NCBI GenBank assembly: GCA_951406725.2
Contig: OX597816.1
Span: 83,080,001 to 83,144,000 of the forward strand
DNA length: 64,000 nucleotides
Direction of reading: 5' to 3'
Origin: Octopus vulgaris
Taxonomy: Eukaryota
How positions within the stretch are numbered: the first letter of the stretch is position 1; each line of letters starts with the position of its first letter. The notes under the pieces are model-generated. The model had not been told where the DNA came from, ran no database searches, and saw only the letters and a program-made list of their open reading frames with translations. Positions 54,340 through 64,000 of this stretch are shown piece by piece. Both the position numbers and the translations under genes were made by a program.

Positions 54340-54900
54340 TTGCTGTATGATTTTGATCTTTCGAGGATCTTCCTCGAATGTAGTACCGCATCCTATCAAA
54401 GTCCAGACGTAATTAGTTTAGTTACACTGTATATTTTAACATTACCGCAGGAAGAAGCGTTGAAATTATTTTTCTTCCACCAATCATAAATCGTAATTAT
54501 GGGTCGCATTTAAGTATGGTTTGGTGGAGGCGACACTGTGTCATAGATGCTTGCTTCAGCATTGTATGATTGATTTTCTGGGAGCAATGTATGTCTATTC
54601 TTGCATATGTGGTTAGCCTCGGTTATTTTAGTATGATGACTAGATATCAAGTTTAGCATATTGGTGTAACAGCTGTAACTCACTTTTATGTTACTCCTAT
54701 TGACTAATTTTCTGCATCGGACATATTAACAGCATATAACGACCGTTTATTCGTAGTTTTACAAATCCTCCGTTCATTGAGCTATATATTAACTCCTCAG
54801 TCGATATGTTGGTACTTTGGCAATAGAAAATGTTATTGTGGGTGATGAATATTGCCTTTTCAATTTCGTCTCCGCCGATAACACACGATACTTTAGTATT
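54340..54900 (-). mobile_element. Old Naiad-type PLE fragment (linker and GIY-YIG)
   Basis: VNRSNIKVSYSCYTNMLNLISSHHTKI and TKL..YVWTL, collinear with 61800-62170. Confidence 0.7.
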
Positions 54901-55457
54901 TTACGTATTTTGTTATATATATTTGCGTACATGCACTCTAGTTGTGCTAAGGCACTAACGTCAGTGTTATAATCAATTAGTTATACACTGATACTTTTTT
55001 GTAGTTGATTTCGTAAAAATGGTAAAAAGAACATGAGAAATTTAGAATATGAAACCAAAATAACCACAAACCTCAAAACATATTTTGTCCTACGATGTAA
55101 TATTTGTAGTCGTAATACTTGTTGTTTCTATAGCCTAACTTAAGGCAAATCTAGGTTTAATAGATCTGTGACTACATTATAAAGTTTGCATTTTTCAGTT
55201 TTAGATCAGTCGTATCAGAAGTTTTGGTTATTCTTTCTGGAAGACCAAGTAATCGAATTTTTCTCATTACATAGAAATAATTGTAGAGGTAGCTGCAGTA
55301 CTATAGCAACATCGGTGGTAGTTGTTGATGTTGTAGTAGTAATACCGGGTTATAGTAAACAGTATAAGAAAAGACGAATGAGAAAGGAGTAATTGTTGAA
55401 ATTGAGAAAAAGCAGAACAGTTTTGGAAATAAATATTTTATGCGGTGAGGAAAAGGT

Positions 55458-55495
<38 letters not shown>

Positions 55496-56199
55496 TAAAA
55501 GGGATCATAAGAGAAGAGTGAGAAAAGAAGGGAAGCGGGGAAGTAGAACAAAAGTGAAGAGAGAAAGAAAGAAAACAAGACTGCAAAGAAGGACAACGAA
55601 AATGAAGAGTAACTTACATATATGACATACATATAAAATACATATTAATGCATACACATAAAATGCATGTATGTATATATCTATGTTTGCATGCATGCAT
55701 GCTTGTATGTATGTATTTATGTATGTATGTATGTATGTATGTATGTATGTATGTATGTATGTATGTATGTATGTATGTATGTATGTATGTATGTATGTAT
55801 GTATGTGTTTATGTAAGAATATACATATATATGTATGTATGTGAGCATGTGTGAATGTATGTGTGTGATGGAAGCAGGCTCATTAAATAGCTAAGGTCTC
55901 AAAAAATCAAATATGAGACGAAAGTATTGATTCCAGTAATCAACTTTAGAAGATAAAATGTCCCTTTCTCAAAGGTAAAAATATGTTAAATTAAAAATTT
56001 TGAAGTAACAGATTTGCGGAAACTTATTTTCTGAAAACTGTACATAACCAAAGATGAAAACGGATTCACGACATGTGTTTATGCTATTGTGTCACCATGA
56101 CCCTTGAATGAAGCATGCAAATAAAGAAAACTAATTCCATTTTGTAAATAAAATAAAATAAAAGCTTTGCTATTTCTTTTTTTTTTAATTATTTCCCAT

Positions 56200-56410
56200 A
56201 AAGCAGCGAACTCGTTGAAACGTTAGTACGCCGGACAATATACTTAGCAATTTCTACCATCTTTACGTCTTGAGCTAAAATTCGCCATTGTCGACCCTGC
56301 CTTTCGTCCTTTCGGAGTCGATATAACAAGTACAAGTTGAATACTTGAGTCGATGTAATCGACTTTTTCCCACCATCAAACTACAGGCCTTGTGCCAATA
56401 GGTGAAAGGC
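56200..56410 (+). mobile_element. SINE family B, diverged
   Basis: AAAGCAGCGAACT head, GCCTTTCGTCCTTTCGGAGTCGAT core, AGGCCTTGTGCC tail. Confidence 0.75.
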
Positions 56411-56549
56411 TATTTCCTTTGCTCAACCCAAAGCGGTGCACAGATTCTAACCCTTGCAGGTAGTGAATTTAAAGTTGATTTTGTTGTTTAGATCTTACAT
56501 ATCTCAAGTCTAGGAAACCTATAATAGCGCAAATATGTACACATTCATA

Positions 56550-56599
<50 letters not shown>

Positions 56600-56885
56600 G
56601 TATATTTACATGTATACATATATGTTTATATATCAATTTATTCATTGACAGAAGTTACAAAGTGATTCAAAGTTCGTGAGCTAATAAATAGATATTTAGT
56701 TAACTCTTTATATTATCTTCCTCCGATATAGTTCTATCGCTCTCATAAGTTTCTTTTTCCCCTTCATTTTTTCGTCCTCACGCAACCACTACTTTCCTCT
56801 TTCTGTCTCTCTACTTTCCAAATTCTACTGCATCTAGATCTCACTTGCTCTTTCATCTTCCCTTTCTGTGTGGTTTAACCATCAT

Positions 56886-57841
56886 TTCAGATGGCAACCC
56901 GCGGACCCAAGCTCTTGTCATCTTCTTCCCACAATATATGGGAAGAAACAGGATCTCCTGGCCCTCCATGGGCTGGCTCGCAAATTTGCGAGCCACCTCA
57001 AGGGTGTCAAATAGCAGCCATACCGTTGCATACTTGACACCCCTAGAAATAAACTTTATAGTTGGCAGATGCTCTGCCAACTCTTTCTCAATTTCGATTT
57101 TGGGAAAGACGGTGATGGTGTCGAGTGACTTTGAATAAGTCCTCAACACCACCGTCCTTTCCTCTAAGTTTTTTAGCCACTGTTTGGGTGAGATAATCTC
57201 CCACTCCAACAGTGTTCGTTTTTTTGCCATGTTTTGGAAGAAGGAAAGTTTGCACAAAAAATTTCCAAAAATTAAAACACAAAAAAGGAAAGGAGGAAGA
57301 AGGAAAGAAAACAGTCCAAAACACACCAACTTCAATCTTCCGGCCAACTGATACTCCCGGCCACCTGGTATAGCAACAGGAACACAACAACCGGAACAAA
57401 GCTTCACAAATTTCACCAATAAATAAATACAAAAATTGGTAAAAAAAAAAGAATTCTACAATATTTGGAGGTGGAATACACCCCCAAAATACTGAACACA
57501 ATCTTCCGGCCACCGGTACTCATGGCCGACCAAATTGTAGCAGGAACACAGCAACAGGAACACAAAAACAACAAAGTTCACAATTTTTGGAGGCGAGATA
57601 CACCCCCAAAACAACTTACTTCTCACCGCTAAGTGAGATACTTATGCCCAACAGCAGGCAGACAAATGCCCGGAATCCAGTGAAGATTTCCTGCTTGAAA
57701 AAAAAAAAAAAATAAACATCAAACAACAAACCCCCACTGAATCCCCAAAAGACAAAAGTCCTACATTGCAGTTGAGCTTCACTTAATTTGCCAAGCTGCA
57801 AACCAGCGTTGCCACTTCTTTCAGTGCAAAGAAAAACACTG
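56886..57841 (-). mobile_element. Probable Tx1/L1-like LINE 5' UTR plus start of ORF1
   Basis: Open frame from about 57231 (MAKKRTL...ERTVVLRTY...FLPIYCGKK.TRAWVRGLP) resembling RRM-type ORF1 N-termini; UTR has duplicated monomers; truncated at 56886. Confidence 0.55.
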
Positions 57842-60352
57842 ACAACAACGCATGCGCGGAAGCAAGCTTCTCACCACACAACCACACCTGCGCCTATGGT
57901 ATAATATACACAACCACGTCATCAAATACAAACTCATTTAACAAGTTTGATTTTTACCTTATCTAGAATCTTGATGAAGGACAACTCCGAAACATTAAGA
58001 ACTCAAAATACAAAATGTTAATAGTCAGTAATACATACAGTTAAGCATCAGCAAATCCCAGAATCAACTATCGAACGGATACAATTAAGTGTTCGAAAGC
58101 TGGGCAGTAGCATTCAGTCCGGCAATGTCAATAGAGCGTAAAAGCATAAACGCTACCTAGGAAGTAATAGACAAGAAGCCGGGGCAAAGCGTAGGGGCAG
58201 TATGATCATTATGTCTATACCAGCTTATAGTTACTAAGGAGAAATACAAGTTCCAAAACTAAAACGTAAACTGTCCTATTCTTGTAACTATCAAGCATAG
58301 AAATTTTAAAATGTATTATAGGAAACAGGAACATAATGAAAAAAGGCATTGTCTTCCCAAGAACTATAGAACTAAAACGAACAAAGGAATATAAATATCA
58401 AAACAAACTAACGAACTAAATGCACACGCACACGCATTCTTACGCGCGTTTCCAAGTAGTATGCAAACGCAATCATATATCGTGTATTTGTAAAGTGCAG
58501 GTATCTGATTGTCGAACAGGGAATTGAACATGTATAATCTGCTAATGATGGTTAAAGCACACAGAAAGGGAAGATGAAAGAGCAAGTGAGATCTAGAGAG
58601 GGAGAACAACATGTGTGAGAGAGAAAGACACAAATAGATAGACAAAGAAAATTTTTATATGTTGCCAAGAAAATGCCATCTGCCTTTCTTATCACTAGGA
58701 ATACTTTACACATATAACCACCAGGGTTCATTCATACTTTTCTTACTCCGCCCCAAAAGACCAATTTACAAGGATGGTTCCTTTCTTAAAGACATACTAT
58801 GTAACTCAATCTCTCTGCTCTTTTTGTCTCATTCATACATGTCACACGCATACACATATCTATAGAAGCAAACTGAGTATGTATACAAAGAGAATACACA
58901 GAGAATAACAGATACACAAGAATACTAAAATCTATACATGAATATATTCCATAATGGTTATCAAATGAAATATAATAATGGTTAAGATAAAAGGGCTCTT
59001 AGAAAATATAATGTTGTCAAGTGGTTAAGAGGCTCGCTTTGCAACCACATATATTCGGGTCCAGTCCCACAACAAGATGCCTCGGACAAGTGTCGCATAC
59101 AACAACGCATGCGCGGAAGCAAGCTTCTCACCACACAACCACACCTGCGCCTATGGTATAATATACACAACCACGTCATCAAATACAAACTCATTTAACA
59201 AGTTTGATTTTTACCTTATCTAGAATCTTGATGAAGGACAACTCCGAAACATTAAGAACTCAAAATACAAAATGTTAATAGTCAGTAATACATACAGTTA
59301 AGCATCAGCAAATCCCAGAATCAACTATCGAACGGATACAATTAAGTGTTCGAAAGCTGGGCAGTAGCATTCAGTCCGGCAATGTCAATAGAGCGTAAAA
59401 GCATAAACGCTACCTAGGAAGTAATAGACAAGAAGCCGGGGCAAAGCGTAGGGGCAGTATGATCTATTATGTCTATACCAGCTTATAGTTACTAAGGAGA
59501 AATACAAGTTCCAAAACTAAAACGTAAACTGTCCTATTCTTGTAACTATCAAGCATAGAAATTTTAAAATGTATTATAGGAAACAGGAACATAATGAAAA
59601 AAGGCATTGTCTTCCCAAGAACTATAGAACTAAAACGAACAAAGGAATATAAATATCAAAACAAACTAACGAACTAAATGCACACGCACACGCATTCTTA
59701 CGCGCGTTTCCAAGTAGTATGCAAACGCAATCATATATCGTGTATTTGTAAAGTGCAGGTATCCGATTGTCGAACAGGGAATTGAACATGTATAATCTGC
59801 TAATGATGGTTAAAGCACACAGAAAGGGAAGATGAAAGAGCAAGTGAGATCTAGAGAGGGAGAACAACATGTGTGAGAGAGAAAGACACAAATAGATAGA
59901 CAAAGAAAATTTTTATATGTTGCCAAGAAAATGCCATCTGCCTTTCTTATCACTAGGAATACTTTACACATATAACCACCAGGGTTCATTCATACTTTTC
60001 TTACTCCGCCCCAAAAGACCAATTTACAAGGATGGTTCCTTTCTTAAAGACATACTATGTAACTCAATCTCTCTGCTCTTTTTGTCTCATTCATACATGT
60101 CACACGCATACACATATCTATAGAAGCAAACTGAGTATGTATACAAAGAGAATACACAGAGAATAACAGATACACAAGAATACTAAAATCTATACATGAA
60201 TATATTCCATAATGGTTATCAAATGAAATATAATAATGGTTAAGATAAAAGGGCTCTTAGAAAATATAATGTTGTCAAGTGGTTAAGAGGCTCGCTTTGC
60301 AACCACATATATTCGGGTCCAGTCCCACAACAAGATGCCTCGGACAAGTGTC
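57842..60352. repeat. Near-identical 1.26-kb tandem duplication
   Basis: Units 57842-59094 and 59099-60352; one substitution and one 1-bp indel seen; 4-bp GCAT at the junction. Confidence 0.95.
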
Positions 60353-60414
60353 TTCTATTACCAATGCTTTGTAGGTGGATTTGTTAGAAGGAAACTGTGT
60401 GGAAGTTCATTATA

Positions 60415-60457
<43 letters not shown>

Positions 60458-60459
<2 letters not shown>

Positions 60460-60618
60460 AGATTCAGTGGGGGTTTGTTGTTTGATGTTTATTTATTTTT
60501 TTTTTTTCAAGCAGGAAATCTTCACTGGATTCCGGGCATTTGTCTGCCTGCTGTTGGGCATAAGTATCTCACATAGCGGTGAGAAGTAAGTTGTTTTGGG
60601 GGTGTATCTCGCCTCCAA

Positions 60619-60621
<3 letters not shown>
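60458..60621 (+). repeat. Inverted copy of 57584-57746 inside (TA)n
   Basis: Near-identical reverse complement of the LINE 5' UTR segment. Confidence 0.92.
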
Positions 60622-60717
<96 letters not shown>

Positions 60718-60728
60718 ACATAGACATA

Positions 60729-60806
<78 letters not shown>

Positions 60807-60849
60807 CATAGACATACACACACACACACACACACAGATCAAAGCACTT

Positions 60850-63270
60850 TGATTCAAATTCGTTTGTACTCTTGAGTTTCAAGCGCGATGCTAGTCGTCA
60901 GTCATTTTGAATTTGAATCACAGAAGTTGACTGTTATTACCGTAAAGTGGGCTACTATTGGTGGACGAAGGTTACGCGGTGTCATGGTTTGATGTTGGTA
61001 TATAGGTAACAGCTAGTTGGAAAGTACTGCATGGTGAACAGGAAACTGACCACGTGGAAAGAGGAAATAGACTAGAAATCGTTCAGGTTATTGGTGGGGG
61101 AGCAGGAAGGGGTGGCATGTGCAAGTATATGTGAGGGTGCAGATTTGCTTATATAGTTTTGCGTTCATGTGTATATGAGTGCTAGTGGGCGCATCTGTAC
61201 ATGAGCGCACATGTGCACATCTTCATACACACACATACCACACACACATACACACATATACTAACGCATACGCACGCGCGCACACGCACACATATACTAA
61301 TGCATACGCACACATGCATACACATTCATGCATACACACACATACGTATTCACTCATATGTACTTGTGTATATTCTTATGCATGTACGCATGCATACCAG
61401 TGTGGTCGCACACACGCATGCGCGTGTACATGTACACTAGCACGTGCACGTGCGGAAGTATACAAGCGTAAGGCAAGCTTTGGGGATTGGTAAGTGTTGA
61501 GAACTGGTAAGTGTTGAGGGCTGGTATGCGTTGGGGATTGGTAAACGTTGGGGATTCGTAAATGACTGTCCTGCTCGTGGGGTTGGGAAGCTTGGTGCAG
61601 GCGGTGCAAAGTAGCAAAGGTGCTAAGGTGGTATATCCGGGTTATGGGCAGTCAGGGCCTGAAATTTGCCAGAAGGGTATATCTCTGATGACAGGAATAC
61701 GATAAATCGTATTTCTTGTTGATGGATACTGCGGGTAGGAGGACATGCAGATTTTAGAGGAGGCAGAGCTGGCAGTTGGGGGCACCGGGCGAATATGGTG
61801 GCGCTGTCGACATTAGTCCACTTGATGCTGGGTATTTCTTCTCGGAGACCACGGAGTCTCTTGAGAAAACGAGACAGGGACGTGGAGTTTTTTCTATCCC
61901 CGGATCTGAACGAGCGCATATGCTGGGAGTACATTCCCATGAAGTCATTAGCTGTCATGTCCGTATAGTACCTAGTAATGCCATCGGGTGGTGTAAGGGT
62001 GTTTCTGTATACCACAGCCCGTGAGAGATAAGATCCTTCTTGAAGGCACATGTTGGGGTTTCGGAAGTTACAGGTTGGGGCTGAGGATGCATTTTTACGC
62101 CTGTTCATGCGTGTGATGTTAGATGCGACGTTGTCTAAGCAGGAGTAGCTCACTTTGGCATTATACGGGTTGAAGAGTTTGTAGATACTTATGGCCTCTG
62201 GGGAAGCGTTTCTTAATTAACGACAGGAAGCCGCTAGCTATGTTGGTGAAAGGGGGTTAAATATAAATTTCCTTTCCCTAATCCCTTTGATGTGAGGAGA
62301 AGGTGTTTAGGGGTTTATCAATATACCGGTCCTAGCCAAAGCATCGTTGTATTGGGGGATGGCCGTATTGACCGCGAGATTAGATAGTCATTTGCTAATG
62401 CCGGGAATCAGGTTTCTAATTACAGCGAGGGGATGGTTTGAGCTCTTGTGGATGTATACTATATCCTCATTATGCTTCCTCTGCGGGTAATGCTTTTCCG
62501 TACTGAGGTCTAGGGTTACATCCAAGAGATCGGTTGTTGTCAGGTTGGTGGTAACCGCTATGGACAGGCCGAACTCTTTAGATATTTTTATCAAGTACTT
62601 CCTGAACCTATCCATGGTATGACCATTCATATGTCTTGCGATAGCCAGACCGTCGACCTTATAGAGGGCCGACCTTTAAGGGTGAGTATGTCGCTTGAGA
62701 GTACCGGAGATGTATAGCCCGACGAAGTCGGCGATTTCAGCCCCATCGAAGCTCCCCGCATAGAGACGTCGAACAATAGGTCGCCTTCTTTTTTCATCCA
62801 GAAGGAATCGTCGTGGAACAGAATTGACTTTCTGGCAATCATAATAATTTTGATGTCAAGGTCACTAATGCTGGTACATCGCTCAGCAAAAGTTAGGACC
62901 TTCAGAAGGATGGGGCTTGCATATGGAAGGTTAGAAGTCGATAATATCGATCTAGGTGAATCTACAGGCTGATTTATTCTATATAAGCGCGTCTATATAA
63001 GCAAAACCAATTAGTGCGTCTGCACACCCACATATACTTGCCCACCAACAACCTGACCGACTTATAGTCTATTTCCTCTCCTACACGTAGTAAATTTCCT
63101 GTTCGCCATGCAGTATTTTCCAACTAACTGTTACGCATATACTAGCGTCAAATCATGACACGGCGTGGCCTTCCTCAACCAATCACAGCCCACTTCTGGG
63201 AGCCAAATTCAAAATGACTGACGACTAGCATCACGCTTGAAACTCATGAGTGCCAACAAATTTGATCCAT
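60850..63270 (-). mobile_element. Naiad-type Penelope-like element with 5' inverted pseudo-LTR
   Basis: RT: LFDV.MG.FDGAEI..FVGLY, LDVTLDL, YIHKSSNHP. EN: VSYSC..N, CNFR....C..G..L...VVY, HMRSF....NSTSLS, YSPG..NCQLCL. The 3' segment 60850-61140 reappears inverted at 63025-63270; both carry CTGACGA...GAAACTCAWGAGT. Confidence 0.87.
61480..61564. repeat. 17-bp minisatellite x5 in the PLE 3' region
   Basis: TTGGGGATTGGTAAGTG-like units at 61480, 61497, 61514, 61531, 61548. Confidence 0.85.
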
Positions 63271-63321
63271 ACATGTTCCCTTTCGACTTTTAGTTCATGC
63301 AATTGAAAAAGACCCCCATTA

Positions 63322-64000
63322 TTTATGGGATGACCCAGTGCAGTTGGATTTTAACAGTTATTTTTTCAAAGCTATAATGAAAGTGACAAAGGAGCCTATT
63401 CGGCAAAATTTTCTTTATGGGTTCAATAAAGGCGACAACGCAACGGAAAGTTCGAGGAATATTAATACAGTATATGGGGATAGGACAATAAGCATAAACT
63501 AGTTCAACGGTGGTTCAAGAAATTCAGAACCGGAAACTACAACCTAAAAGACGAGCCTTATTCTGGAAGATCTGTAGAGATCGACGAGGACGTCCTGCAA
63601 ACTGTGGCAGAGCAAAATCCCAGGTAACAGTTGAAGAACTAGCAGAGAAGCTTGGATTTCGTCATTCAATTGTTCATCAATACCTACGTGACATCGGAAA
63701 AGTCAACAAATTGGGTCTGTGGGTTCCCCATAAACCTTTTGAGTCTAATCGCGCGCCCACATACATCAAGGATGACATTCCAAAGGCTGGCGCAGTTGGA
63801 ATAGAAAACGATGCCCCACCCACCAAAATTCGCCGGATATTGCCCCATATGATCATCATTTATTCCGCAGTTTCCAAAATTATTTGGACGGAGAAAATGA
63901 ATTGTGTAGACGAAGTCAGAACAGTACCGGAGGAGTATTTTTCATCACAGACAAGTGAATTTTGGAAGAGTGGCCCTGCAAGTCTACCAGATAGATGGAA
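63322..64000 (+). mobile_element. mariner transposase, internally deleted and decayed, runs off window
   Basis: LY.FNKG.NAT...NINTVYG, RWFKKFR.GN..L.DEP.SGR, KLGLWVPH, then PHPP and YDHHLFRSFQNYL, LPDRW. Confidence 0.88.

Noticed and set aside
54360-54378. 8-bp hairpin as terminator or regulatory element
   Set aside because: Lies within a decayed PLE fragment; expected by chance in 64 kb.
58364-60123. Duplicated 93-aa and 68-aa ORFs as a gene pair
   Set aside because: Identity simply reflects the 1.26-kb tandem duplication; composition is non-coding-like.
61623-62153. Selenocysteine-recoded Naiad endonuclease
   Set aside because: Some Naiads use UGA at conserved Cys sites, but the visible Cys codons here are TGT/TGC and I could not identify a SECIS.

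Overview
AT-rich, microsatellite-saturated eukaryotic non-coding DNA. The SINE families look like those of an octopus/coleoid cephalopod (recognised from memory, not searched). No host exon can be supported. Nearly all listed ORFs are microsatellite read-throughs or decayed transposon frames. Recognisable relics: a complete pogo/Tigger element with TIRs, CR1/L2-group, RTE, R4/Dong and Tx1/L1-like LINE pieces, four Penelope-like (PLE) fragments (three Naiad-type), Helitrons, hAT and Tc1/mariner pieces, and about 30 tRNA-derived SINE copies. The most unusual signal is a series of about 8 asymmetric fold-back (hairpin plus unpaired tail) insertions, mostly inside (TA)n tracts. One carries a well-formed variant type I hammerhead ribozyme (CCGAUGA core, GNRA-capped stem II, palindromic stem III) whose stem III matches the pseudo-LTR of a Naiad PLE in the same window. 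Two show template-switch stutters at the fold. A young complex rearrangement (1.26 kb tandem duplication plus two inverted templated copies) lies at 56.8-60.6 kb. Coordinates were read by eye and ends of decayed elements are approximate.
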